Positions 18,578-27,374 of a DNA stretch of 42,696 nt are shown piece after piece. The stretch spans positions 1-42,696 of the IMG/VR virus record IMGVR_UViG_3300036394_000004; one strand, given 5' to 3'. The notes below the pieces were generated by a model. The model ran no database searches and had not been told where the DNA came from. It saw only the letters and a list, made by a program, of their open reading frames with translations. The position numbers and the translations under genes are program-made. This DNA is from a virus. Taxonomy: Duplodnaviria; Caudoviricetes. The stretch's first letter is position 1. Every line of letters begins with the position of its first letter.

Positions 18578-20671
18578 TCAGGCGCCGGCGTTCTTCGCCA
18601 GGGTGCGGAAGTCGAGCGGCGACACGCCGGCGTCGATGCGCACCTTGAATTCGGTGCCGTCCACATTCCAGCCCGCCTTCTGTTCGAGATAGGGCTGGTC
18701 GTTGCCGTCGAGGTAGCTCACTTCGATGGTGTCGGTGGCGTTCTGGTCGGCGGCGCCATACCAGCCCGTCGCGGACGCCGCGTCGAGGCGCGCATCCGAA
18801 ATCACCTCGAAGGTGTCGCGAACCGAGTTCGGCACGGTGTTGTTCTTGCTGTTGGCGCCGACTTCGAACTCGCTCGCCTTGACCACGTTGGCAACACCGC
18901 GCAGCGCGCGAGGCACGAGCAGGTACTTCAGCCCGATGTTCAGCACCGCCTTGCCTTGCTTCTGCACGGCCATGCTCGCGCCCATAGCGTCAACGCTGGC
19001 CGTGGTGATCGCACCGGCCGCCATCAGGTTGGCGTGGTCGGCATGGAACAGCGGCACGCCGTCACTCATCGCAGGGTTGCCGGTCAGCACGGCATACACG
19101 AGGTCGCCCACCGTGCGGATGGCGGCGCGGCCCATCAGGCGGGGAACGCGCGTGAAGGCGTCCATGTCGTCATTGATGACGGATTGGCGCGTGATGCTGA
19201 ACAGTTCGCCGAACGTTGCCAGCATCACGGTTTCGCCGCGCTCGCCGATGGTCGCGTACTTGTATTCCGCACCCTCGGCGACCTTGCGCAGGCTCGGGAA
19301 CGCGTTGAGGTCCACGCGCTTGCCCGGCTTGAAGTCGCCGAGCGAACCGGCACGAGTCCACAGCTGGAACGTCTCGTCGGCCTCGCTGTAGCCGCGCAGC
19401 AGCGACTTGTTCGCCACGTTCGCCAGCAGGCCGGGGAAGTCACTGGTGCTGTGCGTGAAGGCCGCGCCGATGAACTGCATCTTGTCCATGCCATCGGTCT
19501 TGAAGCCGGCGCGCGCCAGGCTGGAGCGCGCCAGCTCGGAGAGCGTGTAGCCACGGTACGGATTGGCGCCCTGCGGCTTTTCGAGGCCGGCGCGGGCGAG
19601 CAGCGCCTGCGTGGCAGCGCCGCGCTGCTTGTCGGATTCGTCTTCCACGGTGGTGACATGGGCACCGGCAACGGGCGTTGCCCCGACAGCCAGGTGAGCA
19701 AGCAGACGCGCGCCTGCCGCTTCGACAGTGACGACGTGATCGTCTTCGCAGGCGCGCTGGATGTCAGCAACGCCAGGCTGCGCGGCAAAACGCGCGAAGC
19801 TCGCACGGATGCCCGAGCGGCGCGCTTGGTCGGCAGCCAGCACCGCAGCGGCGTCGGGCGCCGCGACGGGTGCGGCAGGTTGAGCGGGTACGGCGGCGTT
19901 TCCGCCGCCGGCCGCAGCTGCGCCGGCAGCGCCGAGGGCGGCCAGCAGCACATGGGAACGGAATTTCATAGGGTCCTCTTCAGCGGAATGTGCGGCGGAT
20001 GCCGCGGGTGTGCTCCCTGCCAGCAATGCGGCCGGCAAGGTGCGATAACGGTTGATAGGGAGGTCGCGCGCTGCGCTGGCGGCAACGGGCATCGCGTCAG
20101 TGATGGCGTCGATGAACTTCGAGGCCAGCGCTTCGGCTGCGGTGTAGTAGTGGTCCTTGCCATCCGTCAGCAGGGCCAACATGCCGGGCTGGTCGCCCGT
20201 GCGCACGGCGTAGCTGGTGGACATGGCCGCCGCCCAGGTGTCGAGCTGGTCGGCGAGTTCGCGCAGTTCGGCGCTGTTGCCGGCCGCGTAGGTCCACGGC
20301 GCATGAATCATCAGCATGGCGTTGTCCGCCATGTGCACCTTGTCGCCGGCCATCGCAATGAGGCTGGCAATCGAGAAGGCCATGCCGTCAACTTCGGTCG
20401 TCACCGTGGCCTTGTGGCGGCGCAGCGCATTGAAGATCGCGAGGCCATCGGGCACGCTGCCACCGATGCTGTTGATGCGAACCGTGATGAGTTCGGCGTC
20501 CACCTCCTGCAGCTCACGCACGAACGACGCGGCGCTGACGGTCTCTTCCCACCAGCTTTCGCCGATGTCGCCGTAGATGTAGATTTCGGCGGCTGCTGCC
20601 ACACCCAGCGCGGCTGCGGCGAGGGCTGTGCGGCGGCGAATTGCGTACCAGGTGTTTTGCGGTTTGCTCAT
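18578..20671 (-). CDS. ClpP-like prohead protease / major capsid fusion
   Basis: INSIGGSV, AFSIASLI, MIHAP protease motifs; Ala/Pro linker; capsid part HSTSDFP, ITRQSVINDD. Confidence 0.92.
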   Translation of the reverse strand: MSKPQNTWYAIRRRTALAAAALGVAAAAEIYIYGDIGESWWEETVSAASFVRELQEVDAELITVRINSIGGSVPDGLAIFNALRRHKATVTTEVDGMAFSIASLIAMAGDKVHMADNAMLMIHAPWTYAAGNSAELRELADQLDTWAAAMSTSYAVRTGDQPGMLALLTDGKDHYYTAAEALASKFIDAITDAMPVAASAARDLPINRYRTLPAALLAGSTPAASAAHSAEEDPMKFRSHVLLAALGAAGAAAAGGGNAAVPAQPAAPVAAPDAAAVLAADQARRSGIRASFARFAAQPGVADIQRACEDDHVVTVEAAGARLLAHLAVGATPVAGAHVTTVEDESDKQRGAATQALLARAGLEKPQGANPYRGYTLSELARSSLARAGFKTDGMDKMQFIGAAFTHSTSDFPGLLANVANKSLLRGYSEADETFQLWTRAGSLGDFKPGKRVDLNAFPSLRKVAEGAEYKYATIGERGETVMLATFGELFSITRQSVINDDMDAFTRVPRLMGRAAIRTVGDLVYAVLTGNPAMSDGVPLFHADHANLMAAGAITTASVDAMGASMAVQKQGKAVLNIGLKYLLVPRALRGVANVVKASEFEVGANSKNNTVPNSVRDTFEVISDARLDAASATGWYGAADQNATDTIEVSYLDGNDQPYLEQKAGWNVDGTEFKVRIDAGVSPLDFRTLAKNAGA

Positions 20672-20717
20672 GAACTGAGGGCCTCTGTGTTGAGACCCTC
20701 AGTGTCAAAAAACCAGC

Positions 20718-20744
20718 GTCCGGTTTTTAGGGGAGAAACCGGAT
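20718..20744 (-). promoter_or_regulatory. Late-promoter dyad, copy 1 (before capsid gene)
   Basis: GTCCGGTTTTTAGGGGAGAAACCGGAT; near-identical to 22547-22573. Confidence 0.65.
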
Positions 20745-22291
20745 TATTTTTGCCGCCGGCCTGGCTCTTCGAGCGGCTCGGGCGCTTCGTTCGCCGCGAC
20801 AGCGCCGCTCATCGTTGCCGCGTTGCTGGAGAACACCAGCGCGCGTTTGGCCGCGTCCTTGCGGAACGCATCCACTTGCTCCACCACATCGCGCGGGTTG
20901 CCGCCTCGCCGGCGAATGACCTCTACCTCGCTCGCAAAGCCCGCCTGCACCAACTTCTCCCACGCGTTGGCTTCCTTCATCGGGTCAATCCACGGCATGC
21001 TCTGGCCGACGAAGAGCGCATCGTCTTCCGTGCCCGGCATCACGTCGGCCGGGATCGGGACAACGCGACTCAGGTGCGCGACCTGCACGAACGTCTCCCA
21101 CGTCGGCTGCACGAACATTCCCACGAACTCATCGGTCAGCACGGCATAGTGAACCCACTGCTCGACCAGCTCCTGCCGCTGGGCGCTGTAGCTGCCGTCA
21201 TAGTCGCGGCTGACGCTGGAATAGCTCGCACCGATGCCGGCAGCGAACGCGCGCAGCTGCCCCGAGCGCCAGGTGATGAGGTTGGGATTCGGCCGGTTGC
21301 TGTCGATCATGCCGACCTCTTCGCCCACGGACAGGCTGTCGATGATCATGCCCGGCTGCATGCGCAAGTCGCGCGGCAAGACGTTGCCCTCCTGATCGCG
21401 TGGCGGCGCCGGGTTGTTCTCGGGGTTGAAACCGTTCTGTTCATTGCGCTTGACGTAGGCCGTCAGCGATGCCGCCACCTTCGCGGCCACCCGCTCGCTC
21501 TCTTCGTAGTCCTTGAGGTCCTCGATGCGGGTGATGACGCTGGCGAACTCCGAGACCCCTCGGCGCTGGTGCAGCCGGTCAAGCGTTGCCACCTGCAGCA
21601 TGCGCTCGGCCGGAATGAACTTCAGGCCGCTCTCGCTCATGAACGTGATGCCGTCCCGGGGGTCTCCCTTGTAGACCCAGTAGCCGGTCGCCTCACCCCA
21701 TGCGTTCGACTGGATGCCTTGCCGCACACCCTTGCCCAAGTCGTCGTAGTCCAGCGGCACAAAGTCCGGCTCGAAGATTTCGAGCGAGTACGGCACCTTG
21801 GTGCCATGGTTGAGATACGGCACCGGCCCGATGAGCTGCTGCGCGAACGCCTCGCCATCTCGCAGCCAGGTGTATGCGGCCAGCCGCTGGGCCAACGGCC
21901 AACGGTACTTGCCGGTGACCTCGGGCCGGCGCTGCCAGTCGCGATGCGCTTCTCTCAGCGCTGCGGCATATTCCGTGTGGATGGTCCCGTCCGCGCGGCG
22001 GGGCTGCGGCTCGACGCCGATCCCGGTGGGACCCACGACGTTGTTCACCAGCACGCGCAGTGCACCGCGCGAGAGGTCATGGTTCCGCTCAAGGTATCGC
22101 GCATGCGCACGAAGGGCCGGGGCGCCGGCGCCCACCAGCGTGTCGGGTGAGCTGTTGTCCGTGCGGCGCATGCGCTGCTTGGTGGGCTTCGCTCCCTCGT
22201 AGTGCGCGAGGGCGCGGCGATATTGCGCGCGGCGAAGGCCAGCCGAGGGACTCACGATGCCGACGAGACGGTCGATGATGTTCATGGGCAT
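20744..22291 (-). CDS. Portal protein, lambda family
   Basis: LRAHARYLERN, WLRDGEAF, QRRGVSEFA, YSAQRQELVE, PWIDPMKE; start 22291 or 22285. Confidence 0.93.
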   Translation of the reverse strand: MPMNIIDRLVGIVSPSAGLRRAQYRRALAHYEGAKPTKQRMRRTDNSSPDTLVGAGAPALRAHARYLERNHDLSRGALRVLVNNVVGPTGIGVEPQPRRADGTIHTEYAAALREAHRDWQRRPEVTGKYRWPLAQRLAAYTWLRDGEAFAQQLIGPVPYLNHGTKVPYSLEIFEPDFVPLDYDDLGKGVRQGIQSNAWGEATGYWVYKGDPRDGITFMSESGLKFIPAERMLQVATLDRLHQRRGVSEFASVITRIEDLKDYEESERVAAKVAASLTAYVKRNEQNGFNPENNPAPPRDQEGNVLPRDLRMQPGMIIDSLSVGEEVGMIDSNRPNPNLITWRSGQLRAFAAGIGASYSSVSRDYDGSYSAQRQELVEQWVHYAVLTDEFVGMFVQPTWETFVQVAHLSRVVPIPADVMPGTEDDALFVGQSMPWIDPMKEANAWEKLVQAGFASEVEVIRRRGGNPRDVVEQVDAFRKDAAKRALVFSSNAATMSGAVAANEAPEPLEEPGRRQK

Positions 22292-22292
22292 G

Positions 22293-22523
22293 TCAGCTCC
22301 CCTCACGGTCGAACCGCGCCACCGAGAACGACAGGCCGCCGATGGTCGGGCCTCGGGCACCCGATTCGCTGGCAACGCGGCGCTCCCATTCGGCGCGCCC
22401 CTTGCGAATCTCCGCAAGGTCTTCGTGCGTGTGGGTACGGCCGTTGAACTGCACGGTCTTACCCGTGAGCACTGCGGCCTCGGCGGCCAGGTAACTGGCG
22501 AGCATGTCTGTTGCGATGGTCAT
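22293..22523 (-). CDS. gpW-like head completion protein
   Basis: 76 aa YLAAEAAVLTGKTVQFNGR...DLAEIRKGR; just upstream of portal. Confidence 0.75.
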   Translation of the reverse strand: MTIATDMLASYLAAEAAVLTGKTVQFNGRTHTHEDLAEIRKGRAEWERRVASESGARGPTIGGLSFSVARFDREGS

Positions 22524-22532
22524 GAGGTGAAG

Positions 22533-22904
22533 CTAGCTGTTTGCCTGTCCGGTTTTTAGGGGCGAATCCGGACTTTTTGCGATGCCCGGCCGTGGTGCGC
22601 GCTGGCCGACGATTTCATAGATGCGTGTGCGGCTCAGACCGTGCCGGCGCATCAGCTCATCGACGTTGGTTCCGGTGAAGTCACGACGGATCGACGCATC
22701 ACGCACCGACCTGTCCGGCGCGGGGATGTAGAGGTCCTGGCCGCCGAGGCGTCGGCGCAGGCCGCGCACCATCGCTGCTGCGATCACGCCAGCCAGGCCC
22801 TCATGCATGCCGATCTCTTCGCGCACGATGGCGGTGATTTCGTGCTCAAGCTGCACCGCGGCGTCTTCGGATTGCCCAAGGGTGAGCGAGGTAGGTTCGG
22901 TCAA
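22533..22904 (-). CDS. Mor/C-family transcription activator
   Basis: GGQDLYIP...RDASIRRDFTGTNVDELMRRHGLSRTRIYEIV Mor-type signature and HTH. Confidence 0.88.
   Translation of the reverse strand: MTEPTSLTLGQSEDAAVQLEHEITAIVREEIGMHEGLAGVIAAAMVRGLRRRLGGQDLYIPAPDRSVRDASIRRDFTGTNVDELMRRHGLSRTRIYEIVGQRAPRPGIAKSPDSPLKTGQANS
22547..22573 (-). promoter_or_regulatory. Late-promoter dyad, copy 2 (inside 3' end of mor-like gene)
   Basis: GTCCGGTTTTTAGGGGCGAATCCGGAC with perfect 6-bp arms. Confidence 0.65.
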
Positions 22905-24958
22905 AGGCGGTCACTCCAGTCATCAGATGCAAACGAGCGCGGCGCAGCGACAGCGCGCGGCGCGGGGCGAGGTACAGGGGGCGCAGACGCGCGCAAGGGT
23001 GCGGCCGGCGCAGGCGTCACGACGACGGCAACGGGCTGCGCGAAGAGGTCGAGCGGCGGCTGCACAGAGGCTTCAAGGTCGCTCCATCGCTTGTCGGTGT
23101 AGTTGTGCAGGCCGAGGCCGAAGGCGGCGTGCAACGCATAGTTGCGGTTGTCGAGCACCTCGTTGCGCGGCCGGCGCTTGACCCAGCGGTAGACCTCTTT
23201 GCCATTTACCTTCACGAGGATGCGCTGCTCGGCCGTGAGCTGTTCGAACCACTCCTGCGGCAACTCGCTGCTGAAGTGCACGAAGCCGGGCCCGGGATTT
23301 TCGATGGCGAGCTGGCCGAGCAGCAAGTCCTTGGCCGAGTCCACGCCCACATTCCATAGCTTGATGCCGTTCGGAATCTTCTTGCCGTTCCAACGCACTT
23401 CCTGCGGGCTGCTGGGGCCGAGGACGGGCACGTTCTCTTCGCCCCGCCCCTTGACGGCGCGCAGCTTCGGAAGCTGGTGTTGCAGCTTGCGCACCCAGTT
23501 GTAGACCGCCTGAGTCTGGTCGCTGGAGTCGATGGAGATGGCGCTCAGGCCCATCGAGCCGCCGTGCCAAGCCTGCACGTAGCGGCTCGACAGATACGCC
23601 GCCACCGGCGCCCAGTCGTCTTCGGAAGCGGGATTGCCGTGGATGACGTGGTGCTCGACGTGCCAGGATTCCAAGCCGCGGCCCCACGCCCACACATCGA
23701 TTTCCCAGCGGTCGCGCTGCACATCGACGCCGGCCGTCAGCATCAGGCCGCCCGCAGGAACCGTCTTCAAGGCGTAGGCTTCTGCACGGGACTGCAGCGC
23801 GTGCTCGTCGGTGCGTTCGCCGACGACTTCCCACGTTTCACCGAGCGTCTCGTTGACGAAGAGCTGCATCGGACCGGCATCGCCGCGGGCTTGCGCGTCG
23901 AGTGCTTCCTCGAATTCCTTCGCGATGCTTTCCCAGGTGCGCTGCGGGCTGTACGCCGCCCAGACGTGAAGGCCCAGCGTCTTCGGCGGGCGCGTGGGCA
24001 TGCCGGCGCCGTCGCGCCAAACCCGGTCCGGCCCGAACCTCTTGCCCGTCTTCTCGCACACCCAGGTGCCAGGCATGGGAAGCCCGCCCTGCAGAAAGTC
24101 GCTTTGCCGAATCGACTGGCGGCAGTGCGGGCATACGTGGCGCACGCTGGCCGGGTTGCCGCGCTCCCACTTGAAGCCGTGCAGCATCTCCTTGCCGCCC
24201 CACTTCAGCGGATGCTCAAGGCCGCAGTGCTTGCAATCGACATAGAAGCGGACGAAGCCCTCCGCCTTGAGCGCAGCGCGCTCGACATGGCACAGGCCCT
24301 TCACGCCAGGCGTCGAGCCGCCAACGAACTTCGGATAGGGGGCGCCTTCGAGCCGCCCCTTCGCGAGGCCGCCCGGGTCGCCGGACTTCTCAATGGTCTG
24401 ATCGAAGGCGGACCACTCATCGAGGATGGATATCGCGACAGTGATCCGCCGATAGGCCCGCTTCGCCTTCCCGCCCAGCAGATGCAGCACGCTGTCGCGA
24501 AACTTCTTCATCTTGATGGTGTCATCGCCGCCGCCGCCCTTGCGACGTGCGGCCTGCACAGCAGGCACGCCGTCGCGCGCATCGAGGATGGGGTCGATTT
24601 CGCTCTTGACGTAGCTGTCCCGGTCGTCGTCTGTCGGCTGCCAGAGCGCCTGTTTGCGCCGGCGGTGCGCGATGTTGTAGGCGACGAAGGCGGTGATCAT
24701 CTTCGTGTAACCGACGCGCTTGGACTTCATCACATCGAGTTCTTCGATGCGGTCGTCACTCATGAAGTCGAGCACACCCGTCTGGAAGGACCATGCAATC
24801 CATCCGCCCTTCTGGTGTGAGCTTTCGCCGGCCAGCTTGAAGTTATCGGGCGCCCACTCGCTCAGCGTTTGGAAAACTTCGGCGCGCAGGCTGCCCAGCC
24901 CGAGAGCGACCGCACGGCCCACGGCGCGCAATGTTTCACGCGAAACGCGTTCGGCCAC
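22901..24958 (-). CDS. Terminase large subunit, lambda GpA family
   Basis: KSKRVGYTK Walker A, ILDEW Walker B, GSTP, CxxC pairs, LTAGVDVQ, RNEVLD. Confidence 0.95.
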   Translation of the reverse strand: MAERVSRETLRAVGRAVALGLGSLRAEVFQTLSEWAPDNFKLAGESSHQKGGWIAWSFQTGVLDFMSDDRIEELDVMKSKRVGYTKMITAFVAYNIAHRRRKQALWQPTDDDRDSYVKSEIDPILDARDGVPAVQAARRKGGGGDDTIKMKKFRDSVLHLLGGKAKRAYRRITVAISILDEWSAFDQTIEKSGDPGGLAKGRLEGAPYPKFVGGSTPGVKGLCHVERAALKAEGFVRFYVDCKHCGLEHPLKWGGKEMLHGFKWERGNPASVRHVCPHCRQSIRQSDFLQGGLPMPGTWVCEKTGKRFGPDRVWRDGAGMPTRPPKTLGLHVWAAYSPQRTWESIAKEFEEALDAQARGDAGPMQLFVNETLGETWEVVGERTDEHALQSRAEAYALKTVPAGGLMLTAGVDVQRDRWEIDVWAWGRGLESWHVEHHVIHGNPASEDDWAPVAAYLSSRYVQAWHGGSMGLSAISIDSSDQTQAVYNWVRKLQHQLPKLRAVKGRGEENVPVLGPSSPQEVRWNGKKIPNGIKLWNVGVDSAKDLLLGQLAIENPGPGFVHFSSELPQEWFEQLTAEQRILVKVNGKEVYRWVKRRPRNEVLDNRNYALHAAFGLGLHNYTDKRWSDLEASVQPPLDLFAQPVAVVVTPAPAAPLRASAPPVPRPAPRAVAAPRSFASDDWSDRL

Positions 24959-24995
24959 TATCGTTCCCCCTCTTTGAATGTTTCACGCGAAACGC
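24930..24995. repeat. 19-bp direct repeat x2 with parS-like palindrome
   Basis: AATGTTTCACGCGAAACGC at 24930-24948 and 24977-24995. Confidence 0.85.
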
Positions 24996-25004
24996 AATCG
25001 GCCA

Positions 25005-25556
25005 TCACGCGCCGTCCTCGTCGCTCATTGCTTCCTCTGCGCTTGCGTCATCGTCGGAAGCCAGTCGGTCCATTTCCGCAACCACCAGCTTTTCAGTGGC
25101 GCGAATCCATTCATTGCGCGCGTTGGCAATGACCTGCTGCACAGTCGCCTTCGCCTCGTCGGGCAAGTCAGGGCAGGCTTTGCGCAGTGCGCCTTCGAGC
25201 TGCTCGAAGCGATCAACGACGGCGCTCGACGCCATGCCGAGGACATCGGCCAAGAGACCGATGGGCGCGAACTCACCACGCGCCACTGCGTTCTTGATGT
25301 CTTGTGCTTCGCGCTGGCTGCGTGCGAGCCGGGCGCGCTCCTGCACGAGGTCGAGGCCGCCGGCCTCGTCGGACGCGCGACCGGCGGCGACTTCACGCAG
25401 GCGCTCGACGTACGCGAGCAGCCAAGCGTGCGCAGTCTGGCCGCGCTCGATGACGCCCTCGCCGACCAGCTGGCTCACCTTCGCCTCGCTCACTCGGATC
25501 AACGCAGCGAACTCGGCCTGCGTGACCGGCACTCCTAACGCTTCAATCGTCTTCAC
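25005..25556 (-). CDS. Terminase small subunit (Nu1-like)
   Basis: N-terminal HTH TQAEFAALIRVSEAKVSQL, ERARLA coiled coil; upstream of terL. Confidence 0.85.
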   Translation of the reverse strand: MKTIEALGVPVTQAEFAALIRVSEAKVSQLVGEGVIERGQTAHAWLLAYVERLREVAAGRASDEAGGLDLVQERARLARSQREAQDIKNAVARGEFAPIGLLADVLGMASSAVVDRFEQLEGALRKACPDLPDEAKATVQQVIANARNEWIRATEKLVVAEMDRLASDDDASAEEAMSDEDGA

Positions 25557-25593
25557 TTAACCCCCTTAGGAAGGTCCGTGAACAGTCCGAGAA

Positions 25594-25636
25594 CGCGGTT
25601 CGAATTACCCGCACAGCACGCCTCGAAAAGGGACCC
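25594..25636 (-). other. Putative cos region
   Basis: Minus strand GGGTCCC (lambda cosQ is GGGTCCT), then after 17 nt partial dyad GCGGGTAATTCGAACCGCG, just upstream of terS. Confidence 0.5.
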
Positions 25637-25716
25637 GCGCCCTCGGTCGGCGGGTGTTGTTTTTGCGCACTCCCACGCATGCGCCCTGCCGCGGTGCATG
25701 CTTGCCTTGGCCTTCG

Positions 25717-26496
25717 TCATTCGCCCACCGCCTGCCTGATGCGGTAGCGCAGTCGCCGAGGCATGTACTCATCGATGTCAGCATGCTCTGCCACGGTCGC
25801 CATGCTGAGCAGCGGCACGTACTCACCTACCTGCACGAACAGCAGCACTGGACGCACATCAGAGCCATGCGTGCCCGCTGCCGCCCAGATGCCAGGTGCG
25901 AGGTGTGCGGTGGGCCCGCTGCGCAGGCGGCCATAGGCCACAAAGTAGCGACGGCCATCCACCTTCTTCGTGCCGGTGTGAACGCGCGCTCGACGCTTGT
26001 CAGTCATGTTGGCCCGGTAGCCCTGCTCGCCGAACGCACGGAAGTACGACAGCAGCTGTGCGAGGAACGAGCCACGCAGGTTGCCCCTGCCGTCATCGCT
26101 GCCAGGGTATGGGCTTGAGGGAATGACCGTTTGATAGCCAGCGGGCAGGATGCCCACGCGGCGCAGCGCCACCTCGCTGCGCTTATCCGTGCGGCGTCCA
26201 CCAAACTCCTGCGCCTGCAGAATCTTCTGCGGGTCGACACCTTTCCCACCGAAGTACGTGGGCTCAATGGCTACATCCTGCCGCTGCCGCGTGGCCTGCC
26301 TGACATACACGCTCTTGAGGATGTACGGCGTTGGCCTGTCGAAGACCGTCCGCATCTCCTTTTGCATCTCACGGCGAACGCGAAAGGCCGTGTCATTAAG
26401 AGCAGCAGCAAAAACATCACGCGCTTGGCTGCCGGTCAGCTTGCTTAGCGCCGCGCGCACGGGCTCGATGCCGTCAAGCTTCAGGTCGATTCGCAT
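25717..26496 (-). CDS. gpZ-like tail completion family protein
   Basis: AAALNDTA...VFDRPTPY N-terminal motif; basic 259 aa. Confidence 0.55.
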   Translation of the reverse strand: MRIDLKLDGIEPVRAALSKLTGSQARDVFAAALNDTAFRVRREMQKEMRTVFDRPTPYILKSVYVRQATRQRQDVAIEPTYFGGKGVDPQKILQAQEFGGRRTDKRSEVALRRVGILPAGYQTVIPSSPYPGSDDGRGNLRGSFLAQLLSYFRAFGEQGYRANMTDKRRARVHTGTKKVDGRRYFVAYGRLRSGPTAHLAPGIWAAAGTHGSDVRPVLLFVQVGEYVPLLSMATVAEHADIDEYMPRRLRYRIRQAVGE

Positions 26497-27374
26497 TCGG
26501 TCTCCTGTTCGACACGACGGCGCACGCGCTCGGTGTAGGCCTCAAACGTCTCGCGATTGACACGCAGGTCTGCCTCGTTCCAAGCTGCCATGCCAAGCGC
26601 TGCGGCCTTGGCCTCGATGGTGCTGCGGTTGGTGTCCCACGGCACCACCGGGCCGCGCGTGCTCACGTCATCGCGCCAACCCGCATTGCGCAGCCAGGTA
26701 TGGAACTCGGGCACGAACTGCCCGTTGTCCTTGGTCCACTTCACGCTGTGCCGCTGCATGGCGATGGCCGCGACCATGGCCTGCTGCATCGCGGCGTCGG
26801 GCCCAAGCCGGCGCCACCGCCGCTCTGCCTTCGCTCGGTTGGCATGGTTCGGGTATTCCGCAAAGACCTGATCGAAACCCATCGCCCCCCCCTCGGGGGG
26901 TAGGGGGGTTTGGTTCTTTGGCGGTTCTGAAGATTCGGGTGTCATAGCTGTGACACCCTTCTCGTCGCGGATGACACCCTTTCCGTTCTGGATGACACCC
27001 TTCTCAGCCGAAACAAGGGTGTCAATCTGACCTCCTTGTGGATAACTGGGCTCCACGTCTGTAACAAGCACGGGCGCAACCTGCGATGGCAGCAACTCGC
27101 CCCTGATCCACGCCGCCGAAATGCGGTACTCGTTGACGTAGCCGCGCCCTGTCTTCGAACCAATGCGCTCCAGCCATCCGATGGCGAGCATCTTTGCGAT
27201 CTGCCGTTGCACCGTGCTGCGGCTCTGCATCGTCTTGCTCGCCAGCGTGTCGATGGCCGGATAGATGTGCGTCCCGTCGTCGTGCGCATGGTCTGCGATG
27301 GCCAGGGCGAGCAGCCGCTCGCTGCCACCAACCGGGTAACGCTCAAAGACCATGGTCATCACCTTGATGCTCAT
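26481..27374 (-). CDS. Phage replication initiator (N-terminal HTH)
   Basis: LALAIADHAHDDG.IYPAIDTLA...SRSTVQR; FDQVFAEYP...TWLR C-domain; internal iterons. Confidence 0.85.
   Translation of the reverse strand: MSIKVMTMVFERYPVGGSERLLALAIADHAHDDGTHIYPAIDTLASKTMQSRSTVQRQIAKMLAIGWLERIGSKTGRGYVNEYRISAAWIRGELLPSQVAPVLVTDVEPSYPQGGQIDTLVSAEKGVIQNGKGVIRDEKGVTAMTPESSEPPKNQTPLPPEGGAMGFDQVFAEYPNHANRAKAERRWRRLGPDAAMQQAMVAAIAMQRHSVKWTKDNGQFVPEFHTWLRNAGWRDDVSTRGPVVPWDTNRSTIEAKAAALGMAAWNEADLRVNRETFEAYTERVRRRVEQETECEST
26937..27045. repeat. Replication origin: iterons plus DnaA box
   Basis: TGACACCCTT at 26951, 26972, 26993 (21-bp period); inverted copies 26937-26944 and 27015-27024; TGTGGATAA at 27037-27045. 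Confidence 0.82.

Noticed and set aside
11818-22150. Very long plus-strand ORFs (713, 1283, 1203 aa)
   Set aside because: Antisense shadows of GC-rich structural genes; no motifs
26885-26908. C/G-run hairpin or G-quadruplex
   Set aside because: Explained by the TPLPPEGG linker codons of the initiator
26951-27002. Mini CRISPR array
   Set aside because: 10-bp units at 21-bp period inside a rep gene are iterons; no cas genes
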